From the NCBI GenBank assembly GCA_000165425.1, contig CT868141.1, forward strand, positions 248,001-312,000: a DNA stretch of 64,000 nt, in the 5' to 3' direction. Under the pieces are notes generated by a model that did no database searches, was not told where the DNA came from, and worked only from the letters and a program-made list of their open reading frames with translations. This document shows, in pieces, positions 1-13,900 of the stretch (positions are counted from its first letter, which is position 1; each line of letters starts with the position of its first letter). This DNA is from Paramecium tetraurelia. Its lineage: Eukaryota. Position numbers and translations under genes: made by a program.

Positions 1-102
1 AGTTTATTTTTGAAGGGCTTCCAATTACTCAGACATAGTAGCACATTTTTCATAGAGGGCGGCCACAGTTTCAAAATGTTATGTTAAAGGAATGTATTTC
101 AT
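1..102 (-). CDS. 5' end of a hypothetical protein running off the window edge
   Basis: ATG at 102 on the minus strand gives MKYIPLTQHFETVAALYEKCATMSEQLEALQKQT, open to the edge in the ciliate code. An AT-rich intergenic tract lies upstream. Confidence 0.4.
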
Positions 103-973
103 ATATATATTTTTAAAATTTTTATCTTTTTATAATATTTATATCATTTTTTCCTTTAAATTTTTTTCTCATTATAAATCCTTTATTTATTTTACTTTAA
201 ATATATTGTTTAAACTTCATATTTTGAATAATTTTGATTTATTAAAAATAGTATGAAATTATAAACTAAAAAATTAATTTTTTTTGATTTTTTTTTAATT
301 TTTAAATTACTTACTTAACTCTTATATATAACTATTACTAATCGATGATAGTAATTGTTTAACAAGTAATTCATATACTATACTTACCTAATAAAAATTG
401 ATTTTGATTGAAAGTCTAACCTATAAGATTAATTTAATTAGATAGGATTACATTTATACACTCCATTTGAATTTTATTAATTTAAATTCTTAGATAATAT
501 TACTTAATTGGAGTTTTGATCATTGAATAAATAATGTTATTCAAATTTATAATATTATTATATGTGGAGACTTTGAATAATAAATTGTCAACATTATTAA
601 AAGATTTGTTTACAAAAAAACTCACTTTAAAATAATAGCTTAGGAACTAAAAATGATACATAAATATTTCCCAAAGTAGATCTCTAATCATCAATTTGAT
701 AACATTGATATGGTATGATTTAATAAAAATACTAAAATATATAGATATTGTATTTATTTTTTCTATGATCAAACTTAAAGGATTATAAACATTAAGTTAG
801 TTAGCAGAAATAATCAAGATAAATTATGGATAAATATCATGTATTATCTTTAAATTATTCTTCAATATCAGTTATACAAATGCAAAATGCTTAAATATAG
901 GTCATCAATATAATTAAAAATAAACATAATTGTGTGGTTATTTGAAATTAAATAAAATCTTTTTTTATTATTC

Positions 974-1623
974 ATGGGTATTTCAAGAGATAGCAGACAC
1001 AAGAGAAGACTTACAGGAGGACGTATGCCAATCCATAAGAAGAAGAGAGCATTCGAGAAAGGAAGACAAGCTGCTATGACTAAATTAGTATCTGGTGAAA
1101 AGAGAGTGAGAAGATTAAGAGTTAGAGGAGGAAACTTCAAATTCAGAGCACTTAGATTATCAGAAGGCAATTTTTCATGGGCTAGTGAAGGTGTTGCAAA
1201 AAAAGCAAAGATTGTAGAAGTTGTTTATCATCCTTCAAATAATGAATTAGTCAGAACTAAGACACTTACAAGAGGTGCTATTGTGTAAGTTGATGCTACA
1301 CCATTCAAATAATGGTATTTGAAGAAATACAATATTGATTTGGGTGCTAAAAAGGGTTAAAAGAAAGTAAGAATTTTGAAAATAACAATAAGGATCAACC
1401 AGCTTAAGCAGAAGTCAAGAAATCTAGATCATTATAAAAGAAATTAGACTAAAGAATAAAAGAGAGAGTTATTGATAATTTAGTAGCAGAACAATTCTAA
1501 AATCAAAGACTTTTAGTGAGAGTCACATCTAGACCAGGATAATCAGGTAGAGCTGATGGATACATTCTTGAAGGAAAAGAGTTAGAATTCTATGTCAAAA
1601 AAATTGAATCAAAGAAGAAATGA
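974..1623 (+). CDS. RPS8: 40S ribosomal protein S8 (eS8), about 207 aa, one 26-nt intron (1367-1392)
   Basis: Starts [16 protein letters not shown], contains RALRL and [16 protein letters not shown], and ends [22 protein letters not shown]. The conserved Q in SRPGQ is encoded by TAA. The stop is TGA at 1621-1623. Confidence 0.98.
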
Positions 1624-1668
1624 CATTTTTATTATCAATACAAGTACATTAGCATTTAAATCAATAAT

Positions 1669-4223
1669 TCATTTTTTATAATCCATCATCTTTTATTTGG
1701 CTTCTTCTTTTGTATTGTGTACTTATTGTGTCATCAAAGAAATAAATATTGGTACCATAATCATAGAAAGTACCATGACAATGACATATTGAATCTAAAT
1801 TTAATAATATCAATACATATCTTGTATCGAAAGAATAACTTATATCCTTAACATAATTATTATCAAATCCTTATTCTGCTATATCATTATGCATTCCATA
1901 CTTAAGAGTGCATCTCAATAAACCAAGAAATGAATAAAAGAAATTATCATGATTTACTAGCTTCCCTTATAATGTAATGCTCCATGACATAGCACAAATG
2001 CTAATAATAAATATCAACACTAAAAGTAGGAACCAAGATTCCTTATTAAACTAAAACAATCAACTCTACATTTACCCTAATTATAACTAATCCATAACAC
2101 TTTAGATAAGGACTCCAATTACCTAGGAATCTATTAATAGCTATCATTAAGAACAACATTTAAATCCCATCATAAATTCTTGTCGTATATAGAGGAACTA
2201 TTAACTTTGAGATATCTTAATATGAATTAGATCCAACATCAATTAAATCTAACTAATCTTAATATGCCTTCGATATTGTGCTTCTTATTAATATGCTAAC
2301 ATTGCTGAGCATATCTATATAGATATAAATTCACTTACAAATGATATCGAATATCAGTGGAATTTTAATAACTACATAAAGGACTTTTAGATTGAAGATG
2401 AAAAAATCACTTACAATTAATTGTTTTTATTGGAACTCCCTCTCTTCTTATGGCGCTAATTCTCTTTTTTTAGATTGCATCTTTTTTCTTCTGTTTAACA
2501 GCTCTATATATTTTTAATATATTAAGACTAAACTATTCTGTGTTCCAATGAAATAAAACCCAAAAAAGTCTGAAAATTATAATTAAGCTCAATACCAAAA
2601 AACGAAGGAATAAGTAAAAGAATAGCTATATAGAACATCAAAGTATGAGCAAGCACTTCTTGATCTGTTTTAGAATTTAAATCAAATGCTTGTGTTTACA
2701 TAGTATTATAATTGAGTAATTCCTAAATTAAGTATTTATAGTACATCATTAAATAAGTATAGCGTTGTAATTGTTGCTTATATTAATCTCTAACTTGGAC
2801 TATTAAAATAATTTAAAATAAATTAAGATTATTTAATATTGTACTTCAACCAATCTTAAGATTTGATCTATTCAATACTGTTTTAGAAACTATTCTAATT
2901 TGTGAGATTAAGCTCCCAAACATATCCTCCATAATAACTATCATATTTAGATGGATTAAATTCAGTTTGAGTATAATCACCTTCTAAATCTTCAACAAAT
3001 AATTAATTAAAATTTAGGCAGCTTTAATTTTTTGTTAAAAAGATTTATTTTTGATTTGAATTCAAAATATGGCAATCATCTAAATTGTCTTCCTATATTA
3101 ATTTTTAAATTAGCAATCCCGATTTTAAAGGATAATTGTAAAAATTGTGAATATCATTATCTTCTGCTAGAGTTAGGTTTATTAGAGTTGACAAATTATA
3201 TACAGGTTATTGGTAAGATCTTTGGATAGGATATGAATTTTAAAATGAAGCTAGTATTTGAGTATTAGTAACGAATTTGATTTGGTTGATTTCTGTAAAT
3301 ATAAATAAAAACAGTAATAGTATAAAAAGACAAGATTCAAAAAAGTATTTAACTTTGTTTAAATACCCTAGATACACTGACCAATCGATTTTATTTTCCG
3401 ATCTTCTAGTTTATCTGAAGCCCTTTGTTAATCCATCAGGGTATGCTTCTGTGAATAAGATTTCCTCTATTTGAGACATATTGTTTTTCTCTTCCTTGTT
3501 CTTTTTTTGTTTGATAATGAGAATCCCAACAGTAGGTTCGTAGTTCCTGAGTAATTCATAAATTGGAGGATATAATTCGTTTAGTACATTCATTTCAAAT
3601 TGCAATAAATTGCCCATCTAATCTGTATAAAATATTTCATTGTCTTGTGCCATGAAGCAGGATTTTACAATTTACTTCAATTCTCTGAATGTCTTTATTG
3701 TACCTGGCACTTTGACTTAAACAGAGTTGAATTAGTGTCGTAATGTGACATAATATCCATTATCTAGCTCTTCTTCATCAACTTTTGTATTATCATCCTC
3801 TTGTTTTGGATTGAGAGTAATTTGTAGTGTTTGAATCCTGCATAATCTTTTTGCTATTTCTTTTTCTTGGATCTCCTCCAATTTTTCTTTTTTGCTAATG
3901 TTTAAAAGAAATAATTTTAGCGTTTATGTTACTTCATTCTCTAATTTAGCATCTATGCCCTAAGATTCTTATGTCAAAGGACCTGATGTTTTATCCTAAT
4001 TTTATTTCCGAAAATGCTCAAGTTATTTCAAAAGAGCATCATATTCCTAAATAAATTTGAAAAAAAATACTTTTTCTGCTTTTCCAATCTCATCAAAATA
4101 TTGATCATTTAACTTTTCTTCTTCTTGGTATTCCTGTATTTATTTTTTAAGATCATTGAGCAAAGCATCTCTTTAAGTTTTGAATGGTCTTAGTTTTTTT
4201 GCATTATATGAAATACTTGTCAT
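1669..4223 (-). CDS. Polycystin-2 (TRPP)-like cation channel with an N-terminal extension, several tiny introns
   Basis: S1 helix YFFESCLFILLLFLFIF, then a TOP-domain-like segment YYGGYVWELNLTNQNSF..IKSQDWLKYNIKQSQFILNYFN. S5/pore/S6-like segments follow: ESWFLLLVLIFIISICAMSWS..NFFYSFLGLLRC..IQYVIVMVLSMIMVPIFISLMTQQV. The stop is at 1669. Confidence 0.72.
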
Positions 4224-4259
4224 TATCACTTAAATTTTAATAAACAATCAGCAAAATAA

Positions 4260-4945
4260 TCAATTCAATCTTTAGGATTTTTTTCACAACTTCATTGAGA
4301 TCCCCTTCTAACGCAATATACAACCTTTTATCGTCCCAGTATTTTAGAGCATTTTCACATATATATTCTACATCTTTTATTAATTGTATCTATTTTTTCC
4401 TCTCTAACTATTACAATTTTATGTTAACAGTTTAAAAATCATTGTTATCATATTAAGATTATTTCAGTTTTAATTTAAATTAGATGGAACCATTTAATCA
4501 TCTTTCTGATCTTAATACACTGTTGTTTTTCTTAGCAACTAATTTTTACTTTCTAGCAAAATCAAATTCCAATTCTAGGGATCCCACATCATATGAACTT
4601 TTGTATTTAGGAACCTAAATTAACCTTTCAGAAACTGTATGTACATTTTACCCATTCAGTAGTCTTTCTTCAAATTGTTCCTCAGAATTCATTTTCTACA
4701 AGTCCACATTATAAACATAACCATTTATGCTTGTACATATGGGGTCATAAGCGAATTAAATGTTTCATCGCAAATTTGGAAACGTTGCTTAAATTGTTTT
4801 ATTGTAGTTTTGAACTTTTAAGTTCTTAATTGAATTATGGCATAAGGATGTAAGGATCCTAATAAGGCTTTCCTTTTAATTCATCGCGATCTCGAAGTAG
4901 GTTTGCACCCTATACAGTTATGATCAAGTTGGATTTAGTTTACAT
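4260..4945 (-). pseudogene. Degenerate C2-domain gene (probable pseudogene)
   Basis: C2-like motifs are spread over three frames: LIITVQGANLLRDRD..DPY, then PYAIIQLRTQKFKTTIKQ..CDETF, then FAYDPICTSINGYVYNVD. There is an in-frame TGA at 4498-4500 before LNGSIQFKLKL. Confidence 0.5.
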
Positions 4946-4955
4946 AATTTTAATA

Positions 4956-7900
4956 ATGTTTGAAAAAATTCTTTAGAGAGTTTTATTGACGTATTTCGGT
5001 AAGTTTATCACAGGGTTCGACTAGACCAATTTGCAATTAGGAATTTGGAGTGGGAACATTGTGATAGAAAATGTAGCATTGAAGCAAGAAATCTTGACAG
5101 ATTTGGAGTTACCATTAGAATTGAAATTCAGCTCTATAGGAAGGTTAATATTGAAAATACCATGGAATAAACTATCCTCTGCCCCTGTAGAGGTAGTATT
5201 AGAAAATATTTTAATTGTCTTTAATCCCTTGCCTTAATAAAGATGGAATATTGATGATTCCATATAAATAAAAAGGAAATTTAGTAAATTATTGGAGAAG
5301 GCTAAGTCAAGCATTTCCCTTAAAAAGAAGGAGCCGGGGGAGAATTCTAGTTATTTCGAGAAATTAACACTCAAAGTGATTGACAATCTTTAGGTTTCGT
5401 TAAAAAATATACATTTTCGTTTTGAAGATCCGAACTATTCATTCGGGATAAAAATGGATTCTCTGACAGCCTTGACGACTAATGAATAGTTTGTGGTTGC
5501 TTTTGTTGATAGAGGTGATAAGGATACAAAGTTCGTGCCCAGAAATAAATTAATAGATCTATAATAGTTATAACTATATTGGAATGGCAACGAGACAATT
5601 TTCATATCTTAGTATGTTCCATAAGAATAACTTAAAATATTTGATTAGGTTATTTAAATAAGTGCTTAATGCAAAATGGTAATAAATCACAAGGAAAGAT
5701 TTGAGAAAGCTCACTATTTATTAGATATGTCATTGGAGGAGATTAATTTAAATTTGAAGCATTCTCAGTTGATTCAGATGATTTCATTTTTGGAATTAAT
5801 TTCTAATTACAATAGTAGAGTATGGTCTTAGAAACAGGAATTAATGTAATTGGATGTAAATATTCATTAACAAACATTTTGTGATCTCTTCTTTTAGTTT
5901 TTGAAAAATGATATGAAAGAGGTTGAACAATTGGGCGAGGAGGATCAAATCTTACAATTTAAAAATATCATTAGAGTAGTACCATTTAAAACCTTAGAGT
6001 CTTGGAGTGCAATAGCATAAAAAAAATATTTATTAGACTTAAAGGTGTAAGAATATCAAAGATAAAAATCTAAGAAGGGTTGGTTTAGTTTTTTGGGAGG
6101 ATAAACATAGGAGGAGGTGACTGATTCTGAATTAAAATAGTTGGAAGATTTTATAGACAATGAAGAAACAAGTTTAGTTTGTAGACCTTCTGAATCATTG
6201 AAATTTAAATTCATTGCTAAATTGAAAAAGGCTCATATTTAATTAGTTAAAGACAACAATACACTACAGGATGAAGGAATTATTAAATAATTAGAATAGA
6301 TTGAAATAGATTGGGCTTAATTTGAGAACAAAGACTTCTCCTTTTCAATGATCATTAAAAAAGTCAGTCTGCAATTGGTAAAAAATAGGCAAATTGAAGA
6401 AATTTGTTAGCCTACTTAAGAAACTAATGAGTTTATCAAAGTGTCCTTAACGAAGACAACTACTAGCAAAGTATGTAGGCTTGATTTTCGATTTCTAATG
6501 TAAAGTTTAACAGTAAATTACAATCCTTGTATAATTAGGATTATTAGGGAAATTACAGAAGTAAAGAAAGGAGACTATGTAGAATAGAGATTGAAAACTG
6601 CAACATGGAATCAAATAGAGAAAATACAAGACTCAACAGAGTCGTCTTTGTAAAATATTTTATAATCCAATATACAATTGAAAATTGATGCTAAGATTTT
6701 GGAACCCATTCTGGAACTATCTATTAATAGCAATGAGTTTTGGTTAGTAAAGATGGATAGCTTTCACATTCGTACTAAGCCCTCTAATCAATAAGATTTA
6801 TATGAAAATTTTGAGATTTCTATAAGCAAATTCAAATTCTTCTATTATCCAGAAAGATTCGGAAATCAAATCTTTTAGATCTTGAATGACTATAATCTAG
6901 TAGTTTTAGTGTAAAGATTGAAGAGCATCCACAATGAACTAATGATAAAGGAAAATAAACCATTAATAACAATTATAGGGAAACTTGAGCCCATTAACAT
7001 TATGATAAATGAAAAAGTATATAAACATTTAATCTATTTACCTGAAACTATATATCCTACATTATCTGAAGATTAGAGATTATAATAATTGCAATTAGAG
7101 AAATAGCTGATATTAAAATATAAAGTCAAGGATGGGTACTTGAAGAGATAAGGACAACTCATCAAGACATGGAGTTCTTAGTATGTAGTATTAAGTAACT
7201 TTGATTTATACTTTTATGACTAAGAGAAAATTTTAATGGCAAACTCATAATTAAGTTTATTTAATTCCACTTTAGAATAGTTACAAGTAGATGATTAGTT
7301 GCATTCATTCAAAATAATAAATAAATAAGGAGAACATATCTTTGCTTGTGAGAATCATGTTGAATTAAGTGATTGGATTAATAAAATAAAACTATAAATA
7401 GAATAATATTAATCATACGAGGGAATTAAATAGAAATAAGAGGAATAAATAAAGGCTAAATAAAATGAAAAGATGTAAATCGATATATAAATCAAGAAAA
7501 TATAAGTGAAATTATATAAGGAGAATAATTATCCAAGTGTTTATCAAGAACATCTTTTATTTTTATTCAAATTGAACAACTTAAGTTTTTAAACTCTTAA
7601 ATAGCAGCAAATCCAGCAAATAATTTAAGTTGACAATTTATCCATTTAGGATTGGATATTTGATTATTAGAATCCTTAGTTCTAGGATTTGATCATTTTG
7701 AGTAATAAGATTGAAAATCAACCTTCTTTGAGGATAGATATTGCTGGAAAGAAATAACTAATAAATGTAGATTAATTATAAATAAACTGGAAACCTGATA
7801 CATTTTTAAAGCTTAGATAATTATCATAAATAATATCGGATAGGAAATCTAGAAAATGGTATTTTGCAGGAGTTAGAGATTTCGAGGCAGATCAACTGAA

Positions 7901-10900
7901 ACGGGGAAAGAATTGTGATCATGAGGAAGTTAAACGAAACAAGCTAATAGATGGATTAAAAAGGGCATTTAACAAGTGTTAAAGATATGGTTAATCAAAA
8001 TTGAAAGTGAAGCATAAGTTTAATACTTTGATTGATCATTAGAATTTCTTGGATGACTATCAATGGGTTGAGGATGAGATCTTGTCATCATATCAAATAA
8101 AAAGCAGCAAGGATACGCTTATGGAATTGGAAACTTCTATCAATTTCATTTCTATTAATTTCTTTCATAGAACGAGTCATTGCTTACTCTTTAAGTGTGA
8201 TTTAGACGAGGTTAAGTTTACTTTTAAAAAGCTATAATTTAGTAATTATTTGGACACTCAACTGAAGGACATAAGTTTATATGATATGACAAATTATCCT
8301 TTCACAATAGATAGTAATCAAGAGTTTCATTTGATACAGCCATAGAAATTAGTGGGGAAGAGAGATGTATATGATGAATGGGCAGTAAGATTTCGATTCA
8401 GTGGATATGATGAAATCATCATAGCAAATCAAGAAAGAATCAATGCATTTTTATTAATTGAAATTAATCCTGTGTTTGCAATCTATCAGCATCAACCATT
8501 AATGAGATAGATTGATTATATAATCAACCAAATAGTTTCTTTGATTAGAGAGCCTGATGCATTAACAATGAATACTGAGTTTATCGAATAAAAAAGAAAG
8601 AACAATACGAGGTTAAAAGCCAAAAGAGTTTGGGGTGACATTGAGTTAATTTAATCAAAATTCATTTGTCCAACCTTCATTGATTTAAGAATTGTAATTA
8701 ATAAACCATTGGCAATTATCAAGGGATGGCCCCATTTCTCTGAATATTTTTAACTGGATTGTGAGGTGGTGGAGGTGTATAATAAATAGTATATTGACAT
8801 GAGTAGATTATTGTAACCAGGGGGTATTTCATTAATACAATCACTTGAATAATGGATGCCTGATGGCAGAATCCTTAAGGCTTGGAGTGAGGCGTATTGT
8901 ATTGAAGGACATAATATGTAACTTCAATATTATGAGAATGGGATCAATCAAGTCAGCACTCTGTTTGAATTTAATTTATCATTCGAAAGAGCTTTGCATT
9001 ACTTTGAAATAAATGAATTATACGATAATGTGAAGATGGATAGGAGTATAAGAATTAGATCATGTATGTCCCCTACTATTTTGAAATTATACAGAAAAGA
9101 ATACTTGGAAATATGCAAAATGATTTTTCATAACTTTACAAATGATGATTTGAAGGATAAACTGTACATTCATGATTTTGAGGTGAGTCGTTCTTTTGAG
9201 CCAGCTCCAATATCGTTTTGGTTAGATTTTGATGACATCTCAATTTTTGCACTTAGTAAAAAGTCTGAATAGCCATTGGTGTAGGTGAATATGAAGTAAA
9301 TGAGATTAGAGTGGTTAAAAGAAAAACATATTGATTTGAATCTATTCAGTCAATTGATCAGTATGTATAACTATGATGATTAGAACAATGAATTCATGTT
9401 TGTTGGAGAATTGAATTTAATTCCAGATCAATAGAAACTATTCCAAGTTAATCAATTGATCAAAGGGTTTCAACCCACAAAATAGAGATAAGAATTCAAT
9501 AAGTACGTATTCGATTAAGAATTCATTAAAGAGTAATCTTAGTTTCAAATGCTATTCCATATTCAGAAGCCTAGTTCCGATAAGGAATGTCAAATAGTAT
9601 TAAGAAATGTGAGGATGATAGTGGAACCAACAGTGTTTGTAAATGTGGGGTTGTGGAGTAGATTGGAGCAGCAATGTTGGCCCATTCAGACGGAATTCGG
9701 AGAAATGCCAAGTATTAAAATGATAGTTGAAATCCTAAATTCAAGTCTGTGTTTGTAAGGGTTGGATAATAATTACATACTTGGAACAAAGGGTGATATT
9801 TCATACGTTTGGAATAGGAGTAGATTCTTGCATCCAGAACAAATAATTATAAATCTGAAAAATGACTAATTAGATAAAAAGTTGGTAGAGGTTATTGGGG
9901 ATGCATTTGAGCATAAGGTGAATCTTAAGAATTTGGAATTGTTTAAATGTAAATTTGTGGATTATATCAATTATGACTTGAAACAAGTGAGAAAGAGACA
10001 TATCATTTTGCCATTCTCATTGTTCTTCTGTCTAAAAAATGAGTTATAAGTTGAATACAGTAAGCAATTCATCTATTATCACAATAAGTTCTCATTTCAC
10101 ATTGACAAAACAATATGCAAATTCTCATATTAGGATTTGCTATTAATAATGAGTATCTCAGATAAATTGAAGTCCAGCAAATAGGAAGTTATCCGTGAAC
10201 CTATTTATTAACAGGAGGAAGTTGTGAATTAAGAATAGCCAATCAATAACCTATACGATGCAATAATTAGTGGATTACAAATTGTTGTGATAAATGATGC
10301 AGGAGAAGCATATGTCCCAGTATTTGATTTGACATTGTCAGAGACTCAGTTACAATTTTAAAAGGTCAATACTAAGTCAATATTCTCTACTGTAATCAAA
10401 TTAAGTAGTTCATTTTACAAATCCTAAAATTGCAGTTTGGGAACCTATTTTGGAGAGTTGTAATTTTTCAGTTGATGTCTCTTTAAATCCCAAAGGAGAA
10501 CCTCAGAGTATCATCTTTTTAGAAATGACTCAGGAATAACAGACTATGAACATCAATTTATCTGCTTAGATGATCAGTGTGTTTCACAAGACTTTTATAT
10601 CTTTGGAAATAGGAGATGGAAGAAAATAAAAAGATGAAATAGTTACCTTTAGAGTAATTTGATAAACAATTGGAGAAATCTTTCCAGTATTCAATTAGAT
10701 AAGTCATTGCAAAGTCTGCAATAACCGAAATAAAAATTGTAGGAATCAATATTTCAAGATGAAAGAGTGGATAATGTCGATTATGTTTCTCCTTATACCA
10801 TTAGAAATGAAACTGGATTCATACTTGAAATTAGTGATACTACTAATATCAATAAGAAATACATTTTGTAATCTAATTCATCCATCAATTACGAAATCGA

Positions 10901-13900
10901 TGCTGATTTTGATTAAATGTTTGGAAGAGAAAGAGATGATTTGCAATAATAATAACAAAGATTAGTGACCATCAAGGTAATCCATAATAAATACTAATTC
11001 GAACCTATGAAATCCATTGATTTAGACTGCATCAAGGTAACTAGATGTCCAATCAAACCATTTAATAGGAATACTGATAAGATATTCATGTTGTTTGTGG
11101 AAGTAGTGCCCAAAGACACTAGAAAGTTGCTCTTGATATCTTCTGAAACCATTATCTTCAATTAAACTGATATGATTATAGATTTGCAATTATTTGATTT
11201 GGAAGGAGTATAAGAACAAAATATTTACCAAGCACAAATTGAACCTTACAGAGCCTTTAGTGTGCCTATTGATAGAACCAGATAATATTTCAACTTTAAA
11301 TTCTCACGCCATCCAAAATATAGCAATTATATCAATTTGAGATACTTATCAGATAATATTGAAAAGAGATACGAGCAATAGCATAATGACTATTATACTA
11401 TTATTAGATGTTCTAAAAGAAATGTGAATTAAACTCTGGTGTATTTGGAATCCCCATTTTAAATTAAGAATTGTCTACCTATGCCCATTTTATATGAATT
11501 GTACGGGGATTCTGAACAAGACTTACTAACCGATTCTATCATAATACAATAACAGCCCATTGATAATGAGCAATCTAATCTGACCAATGTCACACTCAAA
11601 CATCTAGACAAATATCAATATGAACATCTGCACTAGAAAGAAAAGGGAAAGATTATGAAATAAGAGTAAAAGTTAATACATACAATTTCATCAAAAGGGA
11701 GATTGGCAATCACAGTAAAACTGCCATTTTTTTAGATTTCAGGAATTCATATGTTGTATCATGCTAAATTTGGTCCCTTCCAAGTTGACAACATTCAACT
11801 ATGTGACTATTTTGGAAATACAAATGGATATGTGTTGATTGATCAAATCAAGAATGTGTTTTATATTTATTGCCAATAAATGATAGTGAATGAATTACCC
11901 TTCAAAGTTTACAGCTATGGAGTGACAGACATAAAGAAGGGTAATCCAACTATAATAGCTGGTTAGCCTATGAAAGATTTGGAAGAGAATGATACTCATA
12001 ACATTACTCTATTTAACGATTAATAATAACTAGCATTCTCAAGCAGTGAGAACTATACTCAGCTTTCTGAAACTCTAAATTTGAATTACACAGGAAATCA
12101 AACAGTGCGCATATAAAATGAATCAAATTAAATTATAGAAGTAGGCTATAACATATCTTTAATGTGTGTAGACAAATAGAAACCCTTAGTAACCAAGGTA
12201 TTAACTATTTCTCCAAGATTTATCATAGTTAATCAAACTCAAAACACTATTCATGTATTGTAAGAATCAAGCAATTAATATTTGGAGATCAAGTCAATGG
12301 ATAGACAACCTCTAGTTTGGTATAATCTACGTTATTAATACATTTCTATTCATTATTAAGATGGATTTATCGAATGGCAACCTACTAATCCTATTGATCC
12401 AAATGGCAATGGGTTCTAGTGCTTTACCATTAGAGCTGCAAACAATTTACAAACTATCAAACACTTCAATTGTATAACGAAAAGAGACAATTAGATAGTA
12501 TATCTAATTATTTTAGAATGCAAATCGATTGTCACATAGAATTCAATCTATGATTAGTCGCAAAGGAACTCTATGATTTAATAAACATAATCATAAATTG
12601 TAAACATCAACTAGGTGGATCCTCCTTATGTAATAGTTAATAATTTGGAATTAGTGACATTGATTTGTTATCAGTATTGTTGTTCAGATGAGAAGTATAG
12701 TCATCGCTATTAATTCAATGAATACAAGTTGTATATAAATAACAACTAACAATGTGCATTCTCTTGGGAATATCCCTGTGAAAGAAGAGATCTGGTCATA
12801 CAACTCAAATTTGAAGGAGAACTAAGTACACATTATAGAGTGAATCCCATTTTTATCAATCTTGAAGAAGCAGAGGCTGTTTAAGAGTATGTCATTTCAA
12901 GTGTATTGAATGAATCAGAACAATACAAATTTTATATTATTTCTCTTTGGGAAGGTGCTAGTAGGAAATTAAAGTTCTAATAGGAAGTACAGAACTAATA
13001 AAATTAACATGACACAAATATTCTGAAATTGGATATCAATTTAAATTAGGTAGGTATATCATTGATAGACTAATTTTATAAGAAGAGAGTGGAATTAATA
13101 TACGTTTATTTCAAAGGATTGGAATTTAACTTATTATAGACAACACAGAGCAGGAGATCTGAATTCAAAGTTAAGTACATCAATATCGATAATAACACAT
13201 CCAGTAAGACTATGTTCCCTGTGATTTTTACTCCTACAAAATTTCAAAGAAATCTTTGAGTTTAATAGATCTCATTTATCACTTATACTCGAATAATCTA
13301 CTTAAGTCAAATCGATTTCGTTAATCAAAAATATAAGAGCTTGTCTTCAACCAACGACAATTAGATTGACTTCTGAAATGTTAGAATAACTCTATTCTGT
13401 CTATAAATAGATCACTTTGTCATTCATATCCAATATGCGAGTGGATGATTAATTGAAGCAGTTTGACTTTGAATATGCAATCAGTTAAGAGGAACAGTAG
13501 AACTTACAATAAGCAAATAGTTTGACTCTATCGAACAAGGTGTAGCATAAATCCCGGAGTAGGCTCTTACGGAATATTAAACAGAGTAGAATGGCAGGAG
13601 TTAAAGATTGAGTTAAATGATTAATAAGCAACCTATATCAACAAGATAGAGATCTACCCACTCAATTTTAATTTGACATTTTACAGCAGTGCTAAGACCA
13701 ATCTACAATATAATATGTTGATGCAAATATTGAAGACAATTGGTATTGTCATCGGAAATATCGATGAGGCTCCATTAATTTTGGGAGGCATATTTTTAGA
13801 AAATTCATTTGATACTTCACATGCCATTCTAACAAAATTGGCTACTCATTATAAAGATATGCTTTTTAATCTCATTCTAAAATTGATAGGCTCCATTGAA

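Noticed and set aside
380..389. ATACTTACCT, matching the 5' end of U1 snRNA
   Set aside because: The following sequence is unstructured AT-rich DNA with no U1 stem-loops or Sm site, so this is a chance match.
868..1170. 100-aa minus-strand ORF from the track, and similar antisense ORFs (3032, 3277, 25530, 28529, 48436, 62411)
   Set aside because: They are antisense shadows of well-supported genes on the opposite strand.
10419..10427. Euplotes-type programmed +1 frameshifting in VPS13
   Set aside because: That mechanism uses AAA followed directly by a TAA/TAG stop. Here TAA/TAG are sense codons and the five sites share no motif.
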